DNA of 64,000 nucleotides from Paludibacteraceae bacterium. Its GTDB lineage: Bacteria; Bacteroidota; Bacteroidia; Bacteroidales; Paludibacteraceae. Below are positions 9,690 through 16,897 of this stretch, piece after piece (within the stretch, counting starts at the first letter, position 1; each line of letters begins with the position of its first letter). Location of the stretch: the NCBI GenBank assembly GCA_024399835.1, contig JAKSNK010000006.1, positions 22,655-86,654 on the forward strand, written 5' to 3'. The notes beneath the pieces are model-generated. The model was not told the origin of the DNA and did no database searches. It worked only from the letters and a program-made list of their open reading frames with translations. A program made the translations under genes and the position numbers.

Positions 9690-11815
9690 TAAGAATAAAT
9701 ATCTTCAAACTCTATCAGGCACTCCAGCGGGAAACCAAAAATAGTATAATTCTCTCCGCGAATACCTGCAGGAAGCATTGTGTCTGAATAGCGCGCAATG
9801 ACGGTATCCGAGACAGCCAACGGCGAAACGGCAGACACATCTTCGGCACTCAGCCGCTCCGTATTCAGTTCCTGACTGAACAGAAGAGACTGATTATCCA
9901 TTTTTACGATGCCTGACGCACAGGCGTGCGACAATGTTCCTACATAAGCGCCACTCATTATCAATCGCTTATCGCCCTCAGTCCAATGGTTGTCTTGTAT
10001 CACGGCATTGATATGTCGGACATGCTCTGCCCCACTCTTCCCAAGGATAATATCCACCATCGTATATGCCGTATCCATCGGCAGCAATCCGTCCGCCGTG
10101 CAGGACACAAAACTCCTGTGCAATGTTTGCAACACCTTGCCGTGCCGAACTGCGTAATCGTGCGTATTACCGACCAATAACTGTCCCTGACGGTTCATGT
10201 TGCACATGCCAAAGCCGCAATCGTCGTCCGAGCGCCACGGGTCACGGCGGTTGTAATTGATTTGTTCGCCTATATATGCCAGTTCATACCCATCGGGAAC
10301 AGGTCTTGCGCCCGGCACAATACCGCCTGTCAAACTGTCAAAAGCCATCATACGCGGTCCGCGCACCTCGTCAAAAGCATCTACCACCAACATAGGGCGA
10401 TTATTATTCGACGCACGAAAAGCCGACACAACAGCCGAACGCAGACTGATACCACCCTCGTTGCCTGCCGCCACACACATATCGTAACGAATACCGTGTG
10501 CCATCGGCATAGCAAACGCGCTACTGTCCACGCGAATACCTTCGTTCCACAATCCGTCGTTCTCGCGCACATAGACGATATAGTATGACGGCACGGCTTC
10601 CTGCTCCAACGAGTCTTTTACCGGCTGCCACAACAACCGCAACGAATCGCCGTCTATCACCGTATGCAGAGCAGTCGGTGTCAAAGGTTGAGGAACGAAA
10701 TGCGTGTCATACCGTCGGGCTAAAAAGCGACCGATGCCTTTGTAAACCGCCCGCGCCACGAATTGGCGGAAAGCAGGATTGAGGGCATAGCGCATGTCGG
10801 CATAGTTCTGATGGGAAAGCAGTTCCAGCAGTACGGCAGGCACTTCGGGGTCGCGTGTCTCGCCATAATTGGCATTGCGCAAGTCGCGCCGAGGCCATAT
10901 ACTGCAATACGACCTACGAATATCGTTCACTACTTGTGTCATAATAGAATCAGCCAGCATGGCACTCACGGTGCGCGGTTCGCCTGTAGGCAACCGACGG
11001 CTGCCACTACGGTCGTGATTGGTATAGATGAGCAAAGTGCCTATCAGACTGTCATTCATCGTTGCTCCGGCATCGGTGTGAAACGCCAAACTCATGTCCA
11101 ACGGGATGCCTAAGCCCGGCATTTTAGGATTAACCGAACTTTTGCCACTCAGGTAGTTCACCCACCCTCCACGACAGACAATATCGTTTAAGTAGTCGTT
11201 GTAGGTCGTATCCTTTACCCACACTTCGTCCGGCACTCCGATTGAAGGCAACCAATAGCGCGCCGCCTCCATATAACGGGGATAACCGCTTGGACCTAAA
11301 GTATGTTCGTCCAGCAACATGTACTCCACCCCTTTGACCGACTCCACCAAGCACGAATCCTTATCAACGGCACACAAATAATGCCACACTCCTTCGCCTA
11401 TCGAGGTATTGACTTCATACAAAGTATGATTGACGGCAATTGTTTGCAGTTTGGGATGACATTTTTTAAGCCAACGCACATAAACCGATCGGTATCCCGG
11501 CCGAACATACGCACGAGGTTGCATAACGACGGCACCTGCGTTCTCCAACATCGGCACTAAATAAGGCGCCGTAAATGAGGAAGTAAACAAATCTTCCACC
11601 GTTGTCCACACACGCGCACGCTGCCAAGTCCAACGCTGTTGGTCCCGGTTATAATACATGCCGTGACTGCCCCACAAAGCAATCGCACGACCGTCCAACC
11701 CCTGTTCTACCGAATACGGACGGGACAAGGGGCGAACCAACGGCTGTTCCCTCCTACCTGCCAACACAATCGTGGCAGCAAAGAGACCTACTATGAGCAA
11801 AAACGATTTTCTCAT
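9674..11815 (-). CDS. secreted Amidase_3 (MurNAc-LAA fold)-like protein, multi-domain
   Basis: 713-aa ORF with signal peptide; LSLAFHTDAG and LLELLSHQN resemble the Zn-ligand segments of the Amidase_3 fold; the rest is unassigned; overlaps the next gene by 16 nt. Confidence 0.5.
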   Translation of the reverse strand: MRKSFLLIVGLFAATIVLAGRREQPLVRPLSRPYSVEQGLDGRAIALWGSHGMYYNRDQQRWTWQRARVWTTVEDLFTSSFTAPYLVPMLENAGAVVMQPRAYVRPGYRSVYVRWLKKCHPKLQTIAVNHTLYEVNTSIGEGVWHYLCAVDKDSCLVESVKGVEYMLLDEHTLGPSGYPRYMEAARYWLPSIGVPDEVWVKDTTYNDYLNDIVCRGGWVNYLSGKSSVNPKMPGLGIPLDMSLAFHTDAGATMNDSLIGTLLIYTNHDRSGSRRLPTGEPRTVSAMLADSIMTQVVNDIRRSYCSIWPRRDLRNANYGETRDPEVPAVLLELLSHQNYADMRYALNPAFRQFVARAVYKGIGRFLARRYDTHFVPQPLTPTALHTVIDGDSLRLLWQPVKDSLEQEAVPSYYIVYVRENDGLWNEGIRVDSSAFAMPMAHGIRYDMCVAAGNEGGISLRSAVVSAFRASNNNRPMLVVDAFDEVRGPRMMAFDSLTGGIVPGARPVPDGYELAYIGEQINYNRRDPWRSDDDCGFGMCNMNRQGQLLVGNTHDYAVRHGKVLQTLHRSFVSCTADGLLPMDTAYTMVDIILGKSGAEHVRHINAVIQDNHWTEGDKRLIMSGAYVGTLSHACASGIVKMDNQSLLFSQELNTERLSAEDVSAVSPLAVSDTVIARYSDTMLPAGIRGENYTIFGFPLECLIEFEDIYSYWLQR

Positions 11816-11827
11816 TTATTTAGACCG

Positions 11828-11859
11828 CAAAGTTACTAAAAAATTTGCGTATTTGCAAA
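11828..11859 (-). promoter_or_regulatory. sigma-A type promoter for the amidase-like/GH-like/nadA/mnmA unit
   Basis: Plus strand CAAAGTTA 11828-11835 and CAAA 11856-11859, spacer 20 nt; 13 nt from the start codon at 11815. Confidence 0.6.
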
Positions 11860-11875
11860 AAAAAGTGTACCTTTG
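11844..11875 (+). promoter_or_regulatory. sigma-A type promoter for the C_GCAxxG_C_C gene
   Basis: TTTG 11844-11847, 20-nt spacer, TACCTTTG 11868-11875; interleaved with the divergent promoter. Confidence 0.65.
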
Positions 11876-11892
11876 TGCAAATAATTTGTAAA

Positions 11893-12354
11893 ATGATGTC
11901 TGCAGAAGAAATTGCACAACGCCAAGCCATTGCCCGAGAATTATTTCATGCGGGATATAACTGTTCCCAATCGGTCTTTGCATCGTGTGCAGACTTGTTT
12001 GGCATTACCGACCGCGAGTTGGCTTTGAAGATGAGTGCCTCGTTTGGAGGAGGCATAGGTCGCATGCGTCTCACTTGTGGAGCGGCGTGCGGCATGTTTA
12101 TGTTGGAAGGTCTGCATTCAGGCAGCGCTACGCCGCATGATGCAGAAGGGAAGAGAAACAACTACGCGCGTGTGCAGGCATTAGCAGAAGCGTTTAAGCA
12201 GGAGAACGGCGCGTTGGAATGTGCCGTATTGAGTGGTATGGCGCCGAACGGACCGACCCCCGAGGCGCGTACAGAGGCGTATTACCACAAGCGCCCGTGC
12301 GAGGACCTCGTTGCCTCCGCAGTCGGCATTTTTCTGCAGCAAATAAGCAAATAA
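11893..12354 (+). CDS. C_GCAxxG_C_C family protein
   Basis: ORF 11845-12354 trimmed to ATG 11893, which sits 17 nt after the -7 box; YNCSQSV and CGAACGMFM (GCAxxG) motifs. Confidence 0.85.
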   Translation: MMSAEEIAQRQAIARELFHAGYNCSQSVFASCADLFGITDRELALKMSASFGGGIGRMRLTCGAACGMFMLEGLHSGSATPHDAEGKRNNYARVQALAEAFKQENGALECAVLSGMAPNGPTPEARTEAYYHKRPCEDLVASAVGIFLQQISK

Positions 12355-12355
12355 A

Positions 12356-12387
12356 TTTGTATATCTCAAAAATTTGTTGTAACTTTG
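12356..12387 (+). promoter_or_regulatory. sigma-A type promoter, upstream member of a tandem pair
   Basis: TTTG 12356-12359, 20-nt spacer, TAACTTTG 12380-12387; begins 2 nt after the stop codon at 12354. Confidence 0.5.
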
Positions 12388-12444
12388 CAACAAAATATAA
12401 TAACGAACAAATTAAATCGCCTATGGAATAAAACAAGCAAGAAA

Positions 12445-12476
12445 TTTGCACAATAGATAATTTAGCGTTATCTTTG
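12445..12476 (+). promoter_or_regulatory. sigma-A type promoter driving the candidate structured RNA
   Basis: TTTG 12445-12448, 20-nt spacer, TATCTTTG 12469-12476; the next ATG of a plausible CDS is 295 nt away, whereas other promoters here sit 13-48 nt from their ATG. Confidence 0.55.
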
Positions 12477-12481
12477 TTTCA

Positions 12482-12638
12482 CACATTCTATAAATTTCGG
12501 CAAAATTTTTATATGTGTAACTGTGAAGTAAAGTTCAACGCTCACTCGTTCAGAGTGGGCTTTACTTCGTAAATTCAGTTACAAGGGTGTTTGCCGATAC
12601 CTATAGAATGTGGATTAAAAAGTTTAGTCCACTTTTTT
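12482..12638 (+). ncRNA. candidate structured RNA (stand-alone sRNA or cis-regulatory leader), family unknown
   Basis: Five nested perfect or near-perfect helices: 12482-92/12602-12 (11 bp), 12497-504/12590-97 (8 bp), 12517-23/12576-82 (7 bp), 12525-33/12560-68 (9 bp), 12541-47/12553-59 (7 bp). The structure starts about 6 nt after a -7 box and ends in an intrinsic terminator. Confidence 0.4.
12611..12638 (+). terminator. intrinsic terminator closing the candidate structured RNA
   Basis: 9-bp stem 12611-19/12623-31 (one G-U pair), 3-nt loop, then C plus TTTTTT at 12633-38; its first 2 nt are shared with the outermost helix of the upstream structure. Confidence 0.55.
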
Positions 12639-12771
12639 GTGCCTCGTCAAATAACGGACTGCAAAATTCTTTGTCAGTTCGGGCTTACTTACAAAGAACA
12701 AATGAATTAGCCCAATTAATTATTTATTTTAAATCCGATGCTCGATGGAATATAAGTGAGCAAATGAAAAA

Positions 12772-13137
12772 ATGAAAAAAATATTGGGAATTATTGCACT
12801 TTGTGCTATGTTGATTGGTGGTGCTACTATTGCGAAAGTTTATGCAAATCCTGAGCCAGAACCAGAACCTACTCCTATGCCAGAATATTCTTGTTCTACA
12901 GTGGGAAATTATTCATGCACTCTTAAGTGTTACTACAATGATCAACCTGTTGTTTGTGCCGTGAATTACAACACTTTTGCAATAAATGTGCAATATAAAT
13001 GTAAGAATTCTAAAGGGGATATCACATCAGGTCAAATCTATTGTGGCGCTAAAGATGGTCAAGAGAAAAGAAGTTCTCTATATGGGAAGTGTGGTGATTG
13101 GTACTTAATCGAATATAGTGCTACTAAGTGCGAATAA
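12772..13137 (+). CDS. small secreted cysteine-rich protein, no recognised family
   Basis: 121-aa ORF; Sec signal peptide (cleavage likely after VYA); PEPEPEPTP linker; 8 Cys in the mature part; followed by intrinsic terminator 13149-13178; lies in an AT-rich islet. Confidence 0.65.
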   Translation: MKKILGIIALCAMLIGGATIAKVYANPEPEPEPTPMPEYSCSTVGNYSCTLKCYYNDQPVVCAVNYNTFAINVQYKCKNSKGDITSGQIYCGAKDGQEKRSSLYGKCGDWYLIEYSATKCE

Positions 13138-13148
13138 TAAGATTTTCT

Positions 13149-13178
13149 AGCCCCGTTAATGTTGGCGGGGCTTTTTTA
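13149..13178 (+). terminator. intrinsic terminator of the Cys-rich protein gene
   Basis: AGCCCCG ... CGGGGCT stem followed by a T-run, 12 nt after the stop codon. Confidence 0.75.
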
Positions 13179-13227
13179 TTCTCCTTTTTGCAATTCATGG
13201 AGCAGGACAGCACGGACGAAGCAGGCG
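13176..13227. repeat. 52-bp direct repeat, copy A
   Basis: TTATTCTCCTTTTTGCAATTCATGGAGCAGGACAGCACGGACGAAGCAGGCG; 43 of 52 positions identical to copy B. Confidence 0.85.
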
Positions 13228-13337
13228 AAATGTTGATAGGTGACTTTTACAAGATACTGCTTTTAGTAATTTAGTCCAAATGCCCAAAGAGGGATGACAT
13301 TGGAGTAATCCTAATGTAATATGCACTAAAAAAATTC

Positions 13338-13389
13338 TTATTCTCTTTTTAGCAATTCGCGGAGCAGGGCGGCATGGACGAAAAAGGCG
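13338..13389. repeat. 52-bp direct repeat, copy B
   Basis: TTATTCTCTTTTTAGCAATTCGCGGAGCAGGGCGGCATGGACGAAAAAGGCG; starts 162 bp after copy A. Confidence 0.85.
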
Positions 13390-13447
13390 CAAGTTGGTAC
13401 TACATGTGCAATAGTTACCACTCCCTATTGTCTGCTTTACCATAAAT

Positions 13448-13469
13448 TCGACCGTCGGTCGACCGTCGG
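13448..13469. repeat. 2 x 11-bp tandem repeat TCGACCGTCGG, intergenic copy
   Basis: Same unit and similar flanks (T before, CAAA.ACCC after) as the mnmA copy. Confidence 0.95.
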
Positions 13470-13629
13470 CAAAACCCCTATAAATACACACAAAAAATAT
13501 AGTTGAAAATCTATTTAAAAATCTTTATTGAAAATTTAACACAGAAAGGGGAGGAAATAAGGAACGAGCGATGGGCATCGAACGCCCTAAGCGAGTGATT
13601 AGAGCATATAAAAATCACAAAATATGACG

Positions 13630-13674
13630 AAAAAAAAAGACTGCCTAAATTTGCTATTAGGCAGTCCTTTTTTT
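13630..13674. terminator. bidirectional intrinsic terminator (serves nqrF on the minus strand)
   Basis: A-run, 9-bp stem GACTGCCTA/TAGGCAGTC (13639-47/13658-66), T-run; 17 nt beyond the nqrF stop. Confidence 0.75.
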
Positions 13675-13690
13675 ACAATAAGATTTTGGC

Positions 13691-14974
13691 TTATGCGCCA
13701 AAGTTATCAAAGCGGATATCCTGGTCATCCACACCAAGCGAATGCAGCAGGTCAACCACCGTCTTTGCCATCATTGGAGGACCGCAGAGGTAATACTCAA
13801 TATCCTCCGGAGCATCATGCTGTTTGAGATAGGTATCGCCCATCACAGGAGCAATGAAGCCGGCAGTATATTTGATACCCAGTCCGTCTGCCTTGGGATC
13901 GGGACGGTCCAAAGCCAAGTGGAAATGGAAATTGGGGAAATCCTTCTCCAGTTGCAGGAAATCATCCAAGAAGAAGACCTCGTCAATAGCACGCGCGCCA
14001 TAGAAATAGTGCATTTCGCGGTCGCGGCACTGACGCGTCTTGAGCATGTGCATGATTTGAGCACGCAACGGAGCCATACCGGCACCACCGCCGACCCAAA
14101 TCATCTCTTTCTTGCTGTCATAAACAGGATGGAACTCACCATAAGGACCACTCATGATAACCTTGTCACCCGGTTTGAGCGAGAAGATATAAGTAGAGGC
14201 AATACCGCAAGGTACATCCTGGAACTCGGGTCCGTTGGGGCACTGGTCTTTCGGCTTGAAAGGCGGCGTAGCAATACGGACGGTCAGCGTGATAATGTCA
14301 CCTTCGTCGGGATAGTTAGCCATCGAATAAGCACGAATAGTGGCTTCGGTATTCTTCTGCTTCAATCCGAAGAGTTTGAAGTTCTTCCAAGCAGGCAAAT
14401 AGAGGTCACCTATCAAATCCTTATCCATATCGCGGTCGTAATCAATATCGTACTCAGGAATACGGATTTGTGCATAACTACCCGGCTCGAAGTTCATGTG
14501 TTCGCCAGCAGGCAGTTTGACCTTGAACTCCTTGATAAAAGTAGCCACATTCTTATTCGAAATAACCTCGCACTCCCACTCTTTCACGCCGAGCACAGAC
14601 TCGTCAATCTTGAGTTGAAGGTCATTCTTCACCTTAACCTGGCAACCTAAGCGCCAATGGTCTTTCTGCTGCTTACGGCTGAAATGCACGGTCTCGGTAG
14701 GCAGAATCTCTCCACCACCCTCAAGAACCTGGCATTTGCATTGTCCGCAAGACCCCTTACCACCACAAGCGGAAGGCAGGTGTACGCCCGCTGCGCCCAT
14801 AGAGGCAAGCAAGGTACCACCGGCAGGAATAGAAAATTCCTTGTCGCCATTGACAATAACTTTGACATCTCCACTGGCTACCAAGTATTTCTTGGCAACG
14901 AGCAGAATAACTACAAGCAGGAGTATTACAACGAGGAATACTACAACTGCATAAATAATTGCTTGAATATCCAT
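13691..14974 (-). CDS. nqrF: Na+-translocating NADH:quinone reductase subunit F
   Basis: 427-aa ORF; N-terminal TM helix, 2Fe-2S ferredoxin motif CGGKGSCGQCKC, FAD/NADH-binding domain. Confidence 0.95.
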   Translation of the reverse strand: MDIQAIIYAVVVFLVVILLLVVILLVAKKYLVASGDVKVIVNGDKEFSIPAGGTLLASMGAAGVHLPSACGGKGSCGQCKCQVLEGGGEILPTETVHFSRKQQKDHWRLGCQVKVKNDLQLKIDESVLGVKEWECEVISNKNVATFIKEFKVKLPAGEHMNFEPGSYAQIRIPEYDIDYDRDMDKDLIGDLYLPAWKNFKLFGLKQKNTEATIRAYSMANYPDEGDIITLTVRIATPPFKPKDQCPNGPEFQDVPCGIASTYIFSLKPGDKVIMSGPYGEFHPVYDSKKEMIWVGGGAGMAPLRAQIMHMLKTRQCRDREMHYFYGARAIDEVFFLDDFLQLEKDFPNFHFHLALDRPDPKADGLGIKYTAGFIAPVMGDTYLKQHDAPEDIEYYLCGPPMMAKTVVDLLHSLGVDDQDIRFDNFGA

Positions 14975-14988
14975 AGTTGTTCTCCTTA

Positions 14989-15597
14989 TTAAATATTAAG
15001 TCCGCTGAAGCACATGAAAGCCAGAGCCATCAAACCTACGGTGATGAAGGTGATGCCAATGCCTTGCAATGGCTTGGGAACATTGTTATACTCCATTTTC
15101 TCACGAATACCGGCCAAGCAAACAATAGCCAGCATCCAGCCCAGACCTGAACCGATTGCAAAAGCAAATGCGTCACCGAGGTTAGCAATGGCTTTGACGT
15201 TTTCGGGGTCTAACAGAACGCGCTGTTGCATAAAGAGCCTGCCACCCATGATGGCGCAGTTAACGGCAATCAGCGGAAGGAAAATACCGAGGGTGGAATA
15301 CAGAGAAGGACTCACTTTCTCCACAATCATCTCTACCAACTGCGTGATAGCGGCGATGACGGCGATGAAAAGAATGAAACTCAGATAACCTAACCCCAGA
15401 GGTGCCAGTACATGAACCTGCAACAGGTAGTTGACGGGCAGCGTAATCGTCTGAACGAAGATAACGGCTACACCCAGACCGGCAGAGGTCTTAACATCTT
15501 TCGACACGGCAAGGAATGAACACATGCCGAGGAAAAAAGCGAAAATCATATTGTCCGCAAAAATGGTGCGAACGAATAAACTAAGAGCATGTTCCAT
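14989..15597 (-). CDS. nqrE: NQR subunit E
   Basis: 202-aa polytopic ORF in canonical operon position; RnfA/NqrE-like sequence. Confidence 0.95.
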   Translation of the reverse strand: MEHALSLFVRTIFADNMIFAFFLGMCSFLAVSKDVKTSAGLGVAVIFVQTITLPVNYLLQVHVLAPLGLGYLSFILFIAVIAAITQLVEMIVEKVSPSLYSTLGIFLPLIAVNCAIMGGRLFMQQRVLLDPENVKAIANLGDAFAFAIGSGLGWMLAIVCLAGIREKMEYNNVPKPLQGIGITFITVGLMALAFMCFSGLNI

Positions 15598-16217
15598 TAT
15601 TTACCCTCCTTATCATTTAATGAGCGATGTGCCCAGATTACACAACCTACCAAAATCAATGCCATTGCAGGCATGAGCATCATACCGCAATTGGTGTATC
15701 CATGGTCGTAGCACCATTGAGGAATGACTTGGAAACCAAGCAGTTTGCCCGAGCCAAGCAATTCACGAAGGAAAGCGACAATGACCAAAATCATGGCATA
15801 GCCGAAGCCGTTGCCAAGACCGTCCATCAGACTGTCTTTCACATTGTTGGTCATAGCAAACGCTTCCAAGCGACCCATCAGAATACAGTTGGTAATAATT
15901 AGACCGATATACACACTCAATTGCATAGCCACATCGTAAGCAAATGCCTTCAGTATCTCGGACACGATAGTTACGAGCGCTGCGACCACAACGAGTTGCA
16001 CGATAATACGGATACGCATCGGGATACTCTTACGAATGAGGGCAATCACCACATTGGCAAGTGCCACGATTATCGTTACCGAAATACCCATCACGAGGGC
16101 GGGCTTGAGTTGCACCGTTACGGCCAGTGCCGAACAGATACCCAAAATCTGCACCAAGACGGGGTTATTGGCATTCAGAGGACCTAAAAACGCCTCTTTG
16201 GTTTGTTTACTCAGCAT
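15597..16217 (-). CDS. nqrD: NQR subunit D
   Basis: 206-aa polytopic ORF; NqrD/RnfE-like; start overlaps nqrC end. Confidence 0.95.
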   Translation of the reverse strand: MLSKQTKEAFLGPLNANNPVLVQILGICSALAVTVQLKPALVMGISVTIIVALANVVIALIRKSIPMRIRIIVQLVVVAALVTIVSEILKAFAYDVAMQLSVYIGLIITNCILMGRLEAFAMTNNVKDSLMDGLGNGFGYAMILVIVAFLRELLGSGKLLGFQVIPQWCYDHGYTNCGMMLMPAMALILVGCVIWAHRSLNDKEGK

Positions 16218-16884
16218 TTTCTACCTCCATTTCTTCTACTTCCGGAGTTTCCGGAGTTGCCGGACAAGCCGGTTTTTGGTTCAAAAATTCAGCATATTCG
16301 GTTAGCGAGTTGAGCAACATGTCGTTGACACCGGTAGAGGTGATAGTAGCACCAGCCCAAGCATCTACCTGTTCCTGTCCGTCGTCGGCTTTCTTGCCGG
16401 CTTTGAGAACAGCCACACTGCGCAAATGACCTTCTGCATCGTTGATATGCTTGCCAAAGAAGCGACTGCGGAAGTTCTCGGTGGTAATTTCTGCACCAAG
16501 CCCCGGAGTCTCACTCTCGTGACCGAAGTTAATACCATAGATAGTATTTTTGTCTTCATCCAAAGCAACATATCCCCAAATGCCACCCCACAGACCTTGC
16601 CCCTTCAGGCGAAGCACATATTTGGTAGCACCGTCGATATGAGCCACATACAAGGGCAACTCGCCAAAGGTTTGCTCTTCTACAATCTGCTCATACAAAG
16701 CAGCAGGGTCCGCGCTGCTATAGTCCACATTCAACGCCGTAAGGATTTGCTTCTGCACATCCAAGCGTTGGTTTGCCTCCTGACGGGGCTTAAGTACCTG
16801 ACTGACTACTGCCAGCAGGACGGCTACTATCACGACAAGAACAGTAGCGTATGTTATCGTATAAACATTAGAATCTGTTTTCAT
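16207..16884 (-). CDS. nqrC: NQR subunit C
   Basis: 225-aa ORF; single N-terminal TM helix; FMN-attachment region GATITSTG. Confidence 0.9.
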   Translation of the reverse strand: MKTDSNVYTITYATVLVVIVAVLLAVVSQVLKPRQEANQRLDVQKQILTALNVDYSSADPAALYEQIVEEQTFGELPLYVAHIDGATKYVLRLKGQGLWGGIWGYVALDEDKNTIYGINFGHESETPGLGAEITTENFRSRFFGKHINDAEGHLRSVAVLKAGKKADDGQEQVDAWAGATITSTGVNDMLLNSLTEYAEFLNQKPACPATPETPEVEEMEVENAE

Positions 16885-16897
16885 AACTTGCCCTCCT

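Noticed and set aside
7740-9692. 650-aa ORF on the plus strand. Similar long antisense ORFs occur at 26136-27428, 29544-30557, 39889-40848, 41743-43017, 48144-48953, 49043-50065, 45613-46293 and 54939-55721.
   Set aside because: Each lies entirely antisense to a gene with clear conserved motifs (GH-like protein, lptD, der, prfC, pheT, murA, murB, DUF349 gene, ftsQ). Their translations are low-complexity and rich in R/H/C/Q with no recognisable motifs. They are shadow ORFs.
12482-12612. The nested palindrome as a MITE or REP-type DNA element rather than an RNA.
   Set aside because: Not fully rejected. I see no second copy in this window and no flanking target-site duplication. The exact fit between a promoter and a terminator favours a transcribed RNA. 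A genome-wide copy count is needed.
13176-13250. tRNA-like 3-prime end on the minus strand (TTCGTCC...GCTCCA) inside the 52-bp repeat. This could be a tRNA fragment marking an integration site.
   Set aside because: No T-stem or acceptor-stem pairing can be drawn, and no tRNA body lies upstream. I kept it only as an unexplained direct repeat.
13571-13627. 18-codon ORF (MGIERPKRVIRAYKNHKI) preceded by a purine-rich GGAGG-like stretch.
   Set aside because: It is too short and has no promoter box. Shine-Dalgarno-like sequences are not a reliable signal in Bacteroidetes. There is no supporting evidence.
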